The position numbers were made by a program, and so were the translations under genes. From Parcubacteria group bacterium 21-54-25 (GTDB lineage Bacteria > Patescibacteriota > Minisyncoccia > Phycocordibacterales > Phycocordibacteraceae), in assembly GCA_002255585.1 (NCBI GenBank), contig NCBJ01000002.1:20245-84244 (forward strand): 64,000 nucleotides of DNA, in the 5' to 3' direction. Positions 56,222-64,000 of this stretch are shown piece after piece. The stretch's first letter is position 1. Every line of letters starts with the position of its first letter. A model generated the notes under the pieces. The model was not told where the DNA came from. It saw only the letters and a program-made list of their open reading frames with translations, and searched no databases.

Positions 56222-56575
56222 TTATACGAATGCAATGTAGGCCGTTTTGCGGCCGTCAGAAGCGCTTTTGCTGCGCTTCACGATGCGGGTATATCCACCC
56301 GCACGGTCAGCGTAGCGCGGCGCAATTGCCGAGAAGAGCTTCGTTACCGTCTCGTCGTCACCCCCCATGCGTGCGCGTGCCAAGCGACGGCTCGCCAGCG
56401 TGTCGCGCTTGCCGTAGGTCACAAGACGCTCCACAAACGGGCGCAGCTCCTTAGCTTTTGCTTCCGTGGTGGAAATGCGCTCATGCAAGATGAGCGAGCG
56501 CGCAAGTGAGCGCAAAAGCGCCCGACGTTGATTTGTCGGTCGTCCAAATGCTCGGCCTTTTGCATGGTGGCGCAT
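56222..56575 (-). CDS. rplQ: 50S ribosomal protein L17
   Basis: 117 aa, MRHHAKGRAFGRPTNQRRAL. Confidence 0.9.
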   Translation of the reverse strand: MRHHAKGRAFGRPTNQRRALLRSLARSLILHERISTTEAKAKELRPFVERLVTYGKRDTLASRRLARARMGGDDETVTKLFSAIAPRYADRAGGYTRIVKRSKSASDGRKTAYIAFV

Positions 56576-56616
56576 GGTATTCGTACCTTATCGTATTTCT
56601 TTACTTCGTGCCAGTC

Positions 56617-57573
56617 TTACTCGCCCTTGAGCGAGAGACCAAGCTCAGCAAGTGCTATTTCAATCTCTTCCACCGCCTTGTCACCCACGCCTTCAAGTTC
56701 CTTGAGCGAGGTCGCCGTGCGACGCGCAAGTCCTGCGGCCGAACGGATGCCTGCCTCAGAAAGCGCCGTGGCTACACGCGTAGGGATGTTCATGTCCTCA
56801 ACCTTGACTTTGACCGAATCCTTCTCGCCTGTTCCTGCGCTGTCCTCAGACGCCCCCGTAGCGTTAGTTTCTGCGGCCGCCTTCTCTTCCTGAAAACCCA
56901 TAACAGATTTCAACTGATTGATCATGGTTTCAATCGAACGTTCAAGCGCTTCCCGTGGCGTTACTGTGCCGTTCGTCTCGATGAGTATGCGCAAACGATT
57001 GAAGTCCGTGCGGTCGCCGACGCGCATATTCTCTACTTCGTAATTCACGCGGCGAACTGGGGTGAATGTCGCATCAAGCGCAATGGTGCCAATATCTACC
57101 TTTTCTTTTGTGATAACCTCGCGTGGCACATACCCGAGCCCGCGCTCGATAGTTGCTTCAAGTTCGAGTGCCACTTTGCCAGAAATGTCGGCAATGTGCT
57201 GATCAGGATTTGTAATCTCTACCTGCGAAGGGCACGAGAAATCTGCCGCGGTGACGTCTTTAGGTCCCTTCACTGAAAGGGTGATGGTTTGTGGTTCATC
57301 GCCGTGTAGCACAAAGTGTACTCGCTTTAGGTTGAGAATCATCTCCATCACCGTTTCGCGCACACCGTCAATGGCGGCGAACTCGTGCGGCACCCCCTCA
57401 ATCTTTATTGAGGTTATGGCAGCACCTGGGAGCGACGACAATACGATACGGCGCAACGAGTTGCCAAGTGTATGCCCATAGCCCGGATAGAGGGCGTCTA
57501 TTTCGTAAATACCTTGTGCGTCCTCTTCAGAGACGACACGCGGTTTGGATGGAAGTGTAATGTGGTATTCCAT
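56617..57573 (-). CDS. rpoA: DNA-directed RNA polymerase subunit alpha
   Basis: 318 aa, N-terminal dimerisation domain and C-terminal domain. Confidence 0.9.
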   Translation of the reverse strand: MEYHITLPSKPRVVSEEDAQGIYEIDALYPGYGHTLGNSLRRIVLSSLPGAAITSIKIEGVPHEFAAIDGVRETVMEMILNLKRVHFVLHGDEPQTITLSVKGPKDVTAADFSCPSQVEITNPDQHIADISGKVALELEATIERGLGYVPREVITKEKVDIGTIALDATFTPVRRVNYEVENMRVGDRTDFNRLRILIETNGTVTPREALERSIETMINQLKSVMGFQEEKAAAETNATGASEDSAGTGEKDSVKVKVEDMNIPTRVATALSEAGIRSAAGLARRTATSLKELEGVGDKAVEEIEIALAELGLSLKGE

Positions 57574-57604
57574 AACTCAATCAAGTTACCGAGCGTGAAT
57601 AAAA

Positions 57605-58216
57605 TTATCGACTGTAGAACGAAATCACTGCGGTCAAGTCACCGGCCGGTTCAGTGGAACTTGTCGTGGGCACCTCTTGTACGCCGCCCTCCATGGTTTT
57701 GGGGTTCCAAGACAGCCACGAGGGCAACTGGCGCTCCATGAAGCGCTCCGCAAAGTCGGTGAAGAGCGCGCGGCTTTTACTACCTTCGCGCACAGACACA
57801 CGATCGCCCGAGCGCACCTGCCGTGACGGAATCGTCGTGCGGCGACCGTTTACCGCAAGATGCCCGTGTGCCGCCATTTGCCGCGCGGCACGGCGCGTAG
57901 GCGCCAAACCCAGACGATACGCAATGTTGTCGAGTCGCAGCTCGAGCGCGCGATGCAAAAGCTCTGCCGGATTTGCGCCATGTGTAGTGGCAATTGCTTT
58001 GCGCACGTAGCCAGAAAACTGACGCTCGGTTACCCCATACGTGACACGCACTTTCTGTTTTTCGAGCAACTGCTTGCCATAGTCGCTCGGCCCGCGGCCG
58101 CGGCGTTTCTGCTTTGCCGTGCGCTCTTGCGCGATAGCAAATTTTTGCGTTTGTGCTTTTTCAAACACGCTTGCGCCGAGTCGTTTGGCGATCTTGTATC
58201 GTGGTCCAGTTTTCAT
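57605..58216 (-). CDS. rpsD: 30S ribosomal protein S4
   Basis: 203 aa, S4 domain. Confidence 0.9.
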   Translation of the reverse strand: MKTGPRYKIAKRLGASVFEKAQTQKFAIAQERTAKQKRRGRGPSDYGKQLLEKQKVRVTYGVTERQFSGYVRKAIATTHGANPAELLHRALELRLDNIAYRLGLAPTRRAARQMAAHGHLAVNGRRTTIPSRQVRSGDRVSVREGSKSRALFTDFAERFMERQLPSWLSWNPKTMEGGVQEVPTTSSTEPAGDLTAVISFYSR

Positions 58217-58219
58217 ACG

Positions 58220-58654
58220 TTATACGCGACGCGGCTTCGGCGGACGCGGGCCATTATGCGGTACCGGCGTCGCATCTTTAATACCTTTAATCTGTATTCC
58301 CTTCCCGGCAAAGCCGCGCAGTGTCGACTCACGGCCTGGGCCAATACCACGAATGATGACACGTGCTTCTTTGAGGCCAATCGCGCTTGCTTTCTCGCCC
58401 AACAGCTCGCCAACTTTTGCTGCGGCATACGGAGTCGACTTGCGGGCGCCGGAAAAACCAAGTGCGCCTGCAGAAGAAGATACGATGGCATTCCCCTTTT
58501 CATCAGTAAGCACTGCTTTTGTATTATTGAACGTGGCCTCGACGTGCAACACGCCACGGTCGAGGCGGCGCTTAATCGCCTTTGAGAGCGCGCGTTCTTT
58601 GCGCCCCTGATCAAGCCCCCGACCTGATTTTTTGATGATACGTTTCTTTCCCAT
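58220..58654 (-). CDS. rpsK: 30S ribosomal protein S11
   Basis: 144 aa. Confidence 0.9.
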   Translation of the reverse strand: MGKKRIIKKSGRGLDQGRKERALSKAIKRRLDRGVLHVEATFNNTKAVLTDEKGNAIVSSSAGALGFSGARKSTPYAAAKVGELLGEKASAIGLKEARVIIRGIGPGRESTLRGFAGKGIQIKGIKDATPVPHNGPRPPKPRRV

Positions 58655-58659
58655 AGTGA

Positions 58660-59040
58660 TTAGGTTTTCTCAAGCGTACGTTTACCGGAACCCATGGTTC
58701 TGCGCACGTTGCCACGCACGGTGCGCGAGTTCGTGCGGGTGCGGCCGCCGCGCGCCGGCAAACGCCGTTCGTGGCGCAATCCACGCGTCGAACGAATGTC
58801 CTTCAGACGGCGAATGTTCTGCCCCACTTCTCGGCGAAGCTCGCCTTCGATAAGATACGACTCTGCAATCGAACGAATCTGTTGTTCTTCCTCCGCGGAC
58901 AGATCTTTGCCTGTCCGATCCAGTGCAACGCCTGCTTTGGCGAGAATCTCTCTCGCACGCATTGGACCGATACCGTAAATGAGCGGCAGCGTGTAGGCGA
59001 GCTGTTTGTCGTCAGGAAGTGTGATACCAGAAATTCTCAT
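58660..59040 (-). CDS. rpsM: 30S ribosomal protein S13
   Basis: 126 aa, MRISGITLP... Confidence 0.9.
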   Translation of the reverse strand: MRISGITLPDDKQLAYTLPLIYGIGPMRAREILAKAGVALDRTGKDLSAEEEQQIRSIAESYLIEGELRREVGQNIRRLKDIRSTRGLRHERRLPARGGRTRTNSRTVRGNVRRTMGSGKRTLEKT

Positions 59041-59073
59041 GTTGTATGAAGTGTAGTGAATGTAATACGGAAA

Positions 59074-59190
59074 TTAGCCCTGACGCGCCTTGCGGCGTGG
59101 ATTGCGTTTGTTAATACGATACAAATGTCCGCGCCGACGTACAAGAATATCGCCGGGTTGTTGTTTTTTAATAGACGCGCGTACTTTCAT
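59074..59190 (-). CDS. rpmJ: 50S ribosomal protein L36, Cys-free (zinc-independent) variant
   Basis: 38 aa [38 protein letters not shown]; not in ORF track (under 60 aa); 5 nt after infA stop. Confidence 0.75.
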   Translation of the reverse strand: MKVRASIKKQQPGDILVRRRGHLYRINKRNPRRKARQG

Positions 59191-59195
59191 AAGAT

Positions 59196-59423
59196 TTAGG
59201 TGAGACGCCTCACAATGCGTGCACGACCGCCGTACGGATCGACGACGAGTTCAACCTCGTCCCCCATCAGCACACGAATGCGATGCAGACGCATTTTCCC
59301 AGCCAGATACGCAAGGAGTACTTCGTCGCGCTCGGCGAGACGCACACGAAATAAGGAGTTCGGGAGCACCTCCTCAACGGTACCGGTGACCGTCTCCTTT
59401 TCTTCAGTATCTGCTGCTGCCAT
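59196..59423 (-). CDS. infA: Translation initiation factor IF-1
   Basis: S1-like OB fold; [16 protein letters not shown]...[16 protein letters not shown]. Confidence 0.85.
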   Translation of the reverse strand: MAAADTEEKETVTGTVEEVLPNSLFRVRLAERDEVLLAYLAGKMRLHRIRVLMGDEVELVVDPYGGRARIVRRLT

Positions 59424-59476
59424 GTGAAGCAATCACTATACTAACAGGGCGCGTACGCTACGTCAATCACACGCGG

Positions 59477-60718
59477 TTATGAACCGGCCGTGGCGGGTGC
59501 GTTGACGGTCACGTTAATCTTGGTGGGGTCATTCGGGAACGTGCTCACCCAAAACGGGCGCAAATTAAAATAGGCGCGCTGTACCGCTGGAAATGAGCTC
59601 ATGATGGTATTCGCCTCACTACGGGTCTTCCCAGCAATTGCCGAGGAAATCTGTGTCGTATTTACAACCCAGGCAATAGTGACGTTGCCCGACAGGGAGA
59701 AGTTGAAGACCTGTGTTGTGGCGTTGGGGAATCCGCCAACCGGCGTGAGTGTTATGGCACTCGGATCGACTATGCGCACCGGCTGACCGGCGTATGAGCC
59801 CATAAGGTGCGATTCGATAGTCTTGGCGAGCGCAGCTTGCGGAAAGATAACTGCCGTCATGACGCCGTCTTCTCGCACGAGCGCCTTACCAGACGTTGAA
59901 GCTACTTCGGTGGGAGCAGCGGAGAACGTGGTCGTTGCTGCCCCAGGGATCAAAAGATAATCGGCGGGGACCTGCTTTTGTATTGATTGTTTTAGGTCGG
60001 GCAGGAGCGCATTTTGAAGCGCGACTTGCGCCACCGCAGCGGTCGCGGGATCGACAGTAGCGCGGGTACCAACATATCCGCCGGTCATCGCGCTAGTTGA
60101 TTTCGCATAGACTTTATTTTCAAGCGTGGTACCAACAAGGCCGGGCACGGTAAAGGGCGACGGCGCAACGTTGTATTCGCTTCCCGCAGCGTCAGCGTAT
60201 ACCGGCACAGTAATAGAGCCAGGAATGATGCCGCGAGCGGCTGGTACCGTCACCTCTTGATGAATACGGAAGATGAGGTTGCTTGGTGACGCGAAACGCG
60301 TGTTCTTGACGAGCCGTTGGCTATGAGAGAGCGTATTATATATCGTCAACTGCCCTGATGCGGATTGCGTCACATTTGTCGTACCGCTGCCTGCCACCTC
60401 TTGCGAGGCAATTTTCTCAACCGTCACCAGAGCAAAGGGCAAAGGACTTGTCGTCGAGGCATACGCGGCAAGCGAAAGCGACAGTGGCGCCGTATTAGTC
60501 ATGGGGTCAATCGTAACGCTCGCACCAGAAAGAAAATAGAGTGCGCCGACGGCCAATACAATAATGACGCCGGCAATGAGCGCTGGTTTATAGGAATTTC
60601 GTCGAGTGCGAGGTGGGTGTGGCTGTTTAGGTTCTGTGCCGTGTTCAGAAGATTGCTCCTGCTGCTCCATGGCACGACGCCGTGATGGTGGAATGATGTC
60701 TTCAAGGGTTCGACGCAT
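59477..60718 (-). CDS. Hypothetical membrane-anchored extracytoplasmic protein (413 aa)
   Basis: Basic cytoplasmic N-terminus, one TM helix, Ala/Thr/Ser-rich beta-rich ectodomain; no known motifs. Confidence 0.45.
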   Translation of the reverse strand: MRRTLEDIIPPSRRRAMEQQEQSSEHGTEPKQPHPPRTRRNSYKPALIAGVIIVLAVGALYFLSGASVTIDPMTNTAPLSLSLAAYASTTSPLPFALVTVEKIASQEVAGSGTTNVTQSASGQLTIYNTLSHSQRLVKNTRFASPSNLIFRIHQEVTVPAARGIIPGSITVPVYADAAGSEYNVAPSPFTVPGLVGTTLENKVYAKSTSAMTGGYVGTRATVDPATAAVAQVALQNALLPDLKQSIQKQVPADYLLIPGAATTTFSAAPTEVASTSGKALVREDGVMTAVIFPQAALAKTIESHLMGSYAGQPVRIVDPSAITLTPVGGFPNATTQVFNFSLSGNVTIAWVVNTTQISSAIAGKTRSEANTIMSSFPAVQRAYFNLRPFWVSTFPNDPTKINVTVNAPATAGS

Positions 60719-60799
60719 GATAGTTACGAGTACTATTTAGTATACCGCGCGCGCTCCTTCATTCAAGGCGCGCGAGCGGCCGGCGGTGGACAGCCGTTT

Positions 60800-61981
60800 T
60801 CATGTGTGAGTGTCTGTAACGTAGCTGCAGTGGGCGACATACAAGGCAAGAAGTGAAAGGAAGGTGTCGCCGCGGGCGTTATCGCGATAGGTTACATGGC
60901 GCGCAAATTGTCCGGGATCGAGCGCCAGAATGGGGAGCGCGTCGTCAGAGAGCCAAAGTCTCTGGAGATCGGACTCGTCATCAAGCACATGTTTGAGGAA
61001 ACCGAGCGCCTCCTCGCCTGCAAGAAGGAAGATGGCGCGTGGTAGCGCGTACTTCACGGTGAGTGCCTGAAATGCCTCAGAGAGCTTGTCGATCCATTCG
61101 TCGCGCGCAACACGCATGCGCTGCGTAAATTTTGGGTTGTGCTCCATGTCAATGAGTGCGACCTCTTCGACCGTGCGAAGCGATTCCGTAGACGACGAAT
61201 CACTAAACCCTGCCGCTAGTGCCGCACGGCGCAGTGTGTTGAGACCGGACGACACGCTCGCAACTTCAACCAAAAGTCCCTGTTTTATGAGCGCCAGATC
61301 GGTGGCCTCGCCGGTAACGTCCATGATGAGAAAGTCCTCTTCGTGCGGATACAAGTTGCGCAACACGGTGTACGCCACCGGCACGAAAGCCGTGAGCGTT
61401 ACTTGATCGGTGTGGAAGGTGCGTCGCATAATCGTCGTTACGGTCTGGGCAACGGCGTCGACTACTGAGGAAGAAAGCGCGATAACTTCCGCCGTGTGCG
61501 CGGATTTGCCAAACGGCTCGGCGACTTCGTAGCCATTAAGCAGCGTTGCGACAACCATTTTGTTTGTTTGCGTATACCCTGGCAATGGCAGAGTTATTTT
61601 CTTCACCATGTCTTCCATAAGGCGACGCGTAAAACGAAACGGCGTGGGACGATGTACACGTTCGGTACGAGTACGCGTCTCCTGCCATGGCGCTGCAATA
61701 GAGACGAGGACCTTGTCGATTGTGCCCTTCCCCACAGCATGAGCCATCACTGGCGCGCCCCGTATAACAAGCATTGTCGCAAGCTCGGAAAGCGCATGCT
61801 CCATATCGGCGGCGCCCGTGGTGGCGCTGCGCGCTCGTATCGGTACGCGCGCAGTGTAATACAACACCGGTCGCGCGGCACGATCGATGCGCGCGTACGC
61901 ACCAGATATGGACGCCGAGCCGATATCAATAAGCACCACCGACTCCGCAGCATGCTGGCGGAAGAATGAACGTAAACTCAT
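60800..61981 (-). CDS. Actin-like ATPase-fold protein, Ppx/GppA- or FtsA/PilM-like
   Basis: Phosphate-1-like VVLIDIGSASISGAYARI and phosphate-2-like LIMDVTGEATDLALI; start taken at MSLRSFF. Confidence 0.4.
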   Translation of the reverse strand: MSLRSFFRQHAAESVVLIDIGSASISGAYARIDRAARPVLYYTARVPIRARSATTGAADMEHALSELATMLVIRGAPVMAHAVGKGTIDKVLVSIAAPWQETRTRTERVHRPTPFRFTRRLMEDMVKKITLPLPGYTQTNKMVVATLLNGYEVAEPFGKSAHTAEVIALSSSVVDAVAQTVTTIMRRTFHTDQVTLTAFVPVAYTVLRNLYPHEEDFLIMDVTGEATDLALIKQGLLVEVASVSSGLNTLRRAALAAGFSDSSSTESLRTVEEVALIDMEHNPKFTQRMRVARDEWIDKLSEAFQALTVKYALPRAIFLLAGEEALGFLKHVLDDESDLQRLWLSDDALPILALDPGQFARHVTYRDNARGDTFLSLLALYVAHCSYVTDTHT

Positions 61982-62042
61982 GTTTGTAGTATAGCAATAG
62001 CCTGCACGCGCTTCGCGCGTGCAGGCTATTTTATTCACAAAT

Positions 62043-63983
62043 TTACTGTAGAACGGCCTTTATGCGGCGTACACCCGCTGAGCTTGCCTCCTCTTTGACA
62101 ATCTTAAAACGTTTGCCGGTGTCGCGGATAACGCCCGTATGCGCTACGTGCGGCCCACCACAAAGCTCTTGCGAGTAGATGGTGCCGTCGTCAGCTTTTA
62201 CTGTGTAGACATTAACGACGTCTGGATACTTTTCCCAAAAACTTCCCTCCACGCCTGCGGCTCGTGCGGCGTCTTTTGGCACCTGCTCGATGGTGACGGC
62301 GGCGCCTTTCTCTATGGCCTCATTTACGTACGCCTCTACCTTATCGAGTATCTCGCGCGAGACTTTTTCTGGATGAGTAAAGTCGAAACGCGTGCGCTCG
62401 GCGGTAATGTTTGAACCTGCTTGGTGCACATGGTCGCCCAAATATTTGCGCAACCCCGCAAGCATGAGGTGTGTCGTGGTGTGAAGCATGGTTGTTTCTG
62501 TGCTCGTATCGGCAAGCCCTCCTTTGAACTTTTGCGCGGCACCGGCACGGGATTTTTCTTGATGGTCTTTCATTTGTACACGCACCGCATGTGTGTCGAT
62601 TGCAACGCCTCGTTCTTTCGCAATCTCTTCAGTGAGTTCAATAGGAAAGCCGTATGTCGTAAATAGGACAAACGCATCGATGTTGTCTCCCATTTTTTCA
62701 AGCTCGCGCATACCGTTCGCAAGCGTATTGCGGAAACGTTTCTCCTCCTGACCAATCTCGTTAATTACTGTGTTTAGTTCTTTGGCGAGCTGCGAGTATC
62801 CATTTTTACCAAAAGCATATGCATCGATGAAATACTGAGCTATTCGTGTTAGCGGACTATGTACCGTTTCTTTTCCCTGCCCAAGATGTAAGAAGTCAGC
62901 AAAACGCACTGCGCGACGAATGAGGCGCCGCAATACATAGCCCTGCTCGGTGTTTGAAGGCCGCACACCATCTGCGATCATGAAAGTTGCGGCACGGATA
63001 TGGTCGAGAATTACACGATACGCCTTGGTTATGTCTGGTGATGAGGCGTATTTTTTATAAACAGGTTTCTCATCTTTTGACTCCAAGAAGCTGTACGCGT
63101 GTCGTGCAATTTCTGCTCGCGCTTCATCGAAGACATCGACGAGAAACACATCCGGGTTATGGAGCGTAGCTGCAGCCAGGCGCTCGAGACCGCCACCAAA
63201 GTCCACATTTTTCTTTGGGAGTTCCGCAAACGAGCCGTCTTCCTGCTTCACATACTGCATGAATACCGAGTTGCCGATCTCGATGAAACGGCCACAGTCG
63301 CAGTTGGGGTGGCAGTGTGTGCCAAATTTTGTATCGTGCGGCGTACCGAAGTCGTAAAACACCTCCGAGTCCGGCCCACCCGGCTCCCCTGCAGGCATCT
63401 TATTCGGCACACCCGAACGACTCCACCAGTTTTTCTTGGCGCCATACGCAAAAATACGCCCGCCCTGCATGCCGGTTTTACTGCCCACTTCTTCGGTGCC
63501 AAGTTCTACAAACTTCGCGTCTATCCCTTTCTCTTTGAAAAGTCCCTGCCAGAGCATAACGGATTCACCGTCTTTGCCCATGCCAGCATCTTCATCCCCG
63601 GCAAAGACGGTTACATACAGTTTCTCAGGGTCGAGCCCCAGCCCCTCTTCCCTGTTCGTGAGGAATTCAAAAAGCCGGGGCAGCTGCTCTTTTTTAAAAT
63701 AATCGCCGAGCGACCAGTTGCCAAGCATTTCAAAAAATGTCGTGTGGCGATTATCTCCCACTTCCTCTATGTCTTCTGCACGGAAGCACATCTGTGAGTT
63801 TACAAGTTTGCTGCCTTTGGGGTGCGGCTCGCCAAGCAAATACGGCACCAGAGGCTGCATACCCGAACTCGTAAAGAGCGTGGTTGGATCGTTTTCTGGC
63901 ACGATAGCAGCCGACGGGATCACCACATGACCCCGTTTTTCAAAAAACGCGAGATACCGATCGCGCACTTCTGCCACGGTCAT
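62043..63983 (-). CDS. alaS: Alanyl-tRNA synthetase, short form lacking the C-Ala domain
   Basis: 646 aa complete; class II catalytic core, tRNA-recognition and editing domain (HTTTHLMLAGLRKYLGDHVHQAGS, CGGPH) but no C-terminal C-Ala domain. Confidence 0.9.
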   Translation of the reverse strand: MTVAEVRDRYLAFFEKRGHVVIPSAAIVPENDPTTLFTSSGMQPLVPYLLGEPHPKGSKLVNSQMCFRAEDIEEVGDNRHTTFFEMLGNWSLGDYFKKEQLPRLFEFLTNREEGLGLDPEKLYVTVFAGDEDAGMGKDGESVMLWQGLFKEKGIDAKFVELGTEEVGSKTGMQGGRIFAYGAKKNWWSRSGVPNKMPAGEPGGPDSEVFYDFGTPHDTKFGTHCHPNCDCGRFIEIGNSVFMQYVKQEDGSFAELPKKNVDFGGGLERLAAATLHNPDVFLVDVFDEARAEIARHAYSFLESKDEKPVYKKYASSPDITKAYRVILDHIRAATFMIADGVRPSNTEQGYVLRRLIRRAVRFADFLHLGQGKETVHSPLTRIAQYFIDAYAFGKNGYSQLAKELNTVINEIGQEEKRFRNTLANGMRELEKMGDNIDAFVLFTTYGFPIELTEEIAKERGVAIDTHAVRVQMKDHQEKSRAGAAQKFKGGLADTSTETTMLHTTTHLMLAGLRKYLGDHVHQAGSNITAERTRFDFTHPEKVSREILDKVEAYVNEAIEKGAAVTIEQVPKDAARAAGVEGSFWEKYPDVVNVYTVKADDGTIYSQELCGGPHVAHTGVIRDTGKRFKIVKEEASSAGVRRIKAVLQ

Positions 63984-64000
63984 TGCATGACGATACCACG

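Noticed and set aside
1-64000. CRISPR arrays, rRNA genes, transposases/integrases, prophage blocks
   Set aside because: No short direct-repeat arrays, no rRNA-like conserved stretches, and no ORF with integrase/transposase motifs were seen. The only large non-coding stretch (25869-26069) is AT-rich promoter-like DNA.
1-64000. Alternative genetic code (UGA recoding, as in some CPR lineages)
   Set aside because: All conserved genes, including ribosomal proteins, aaRSs and dnaK, read full-length with standard stops and no in-frame TGA.

Overview
This 64 kb window is a gene-dense, high-GC stretch of bacterial chromosome coding on both strands, with mostly short intergenic spacers. By hand count the flanking genes run roughly 55-60% GC. 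All genes read cleanly with the standard code.

Most of the content is housekeeping:
- Cell envelope: mreC (3' fragment)-mreD-mrdA, then greA and lysS, then one half of the dcw cluster (mraZ-rsmH-ftsL-like-ftsI-murF). The other half of the dcw cluster lies on the minus strand at 32-36.4 kb (murG-ftsW-mraY-DD-carboxypeptidase).
- Replication, repair and condensation: recR, dnaB, rmuC, scpAB.
- Translation: six tRNA synthetases (lysS, cysS, gltX, aspS, trpS, tyrS) plus a short alaS; tRNA-Glu(CUC); tRNA-Tyr(GUA) directly behind tyrS with its own near-consensus promoter; ribosomal genes rplU, rplI, rpmA; and the infA-rpmJ-rpsM-rpsK-rpsD-rpoA-rplQ-rplM-rpsI block.
- Stress and transport: a grpE-dnaK-dnaJ operon continuing co-directionally into a membrane protein, an ABC exporter, tyrS and tRNA-Tyr; a P-type ATPase; S41 and S1 proteases; a LOG-family protein; a DEDD exonuclease.

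Several traits point to a reduced-genome, possibly CPR/Patescibacteria-like organism (inference): a Cys-free L36, an AlaRS without the C-Ala domain, a short archaeal-type AspRS next to a GatB/YqeY-domain protein, and many secreted hydrolases.

The most interesting, likely accessory content:
1. A lower-GC island at ~53.6-55.4 kb sits behind the rpsI terminator. It carries a MutH/Sau3AI-family endonuclease translationally coupled (ATGA overlap) to a DpnA-like beta-class (DPPY...FxGxG) methyltransferase, so a GATC-type specificity is predicted. A tiny acidic ORF follows the endonuclease.
2. A 1084-aa surface protein has two pectate-lyase-like beta-helix modules, an Fn3-like domain, a Thr/Pro-rich linker and a peptidoglycan-binding tail. 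A ~200-bp AT-rich spacer precedes it, and that spacer contains a near-T7-promoter motif. A coiled-coil M23 peptidase converges on it.
3. An AT-rich orphan 97-aa gene next to recR has its own TTGAAA-N16-TAATAT promoter and a strong Shine-Dalgarno sequence.
4. A lower-GC SET-domain gene sits immediately 3' of tRNA-Glu.
5. A membrane-anchored protein ends in a Cys-depleted Ada-Zn-ribbon-like domain.

No rRNA, CRISPR array, transposase or integrase was seen.
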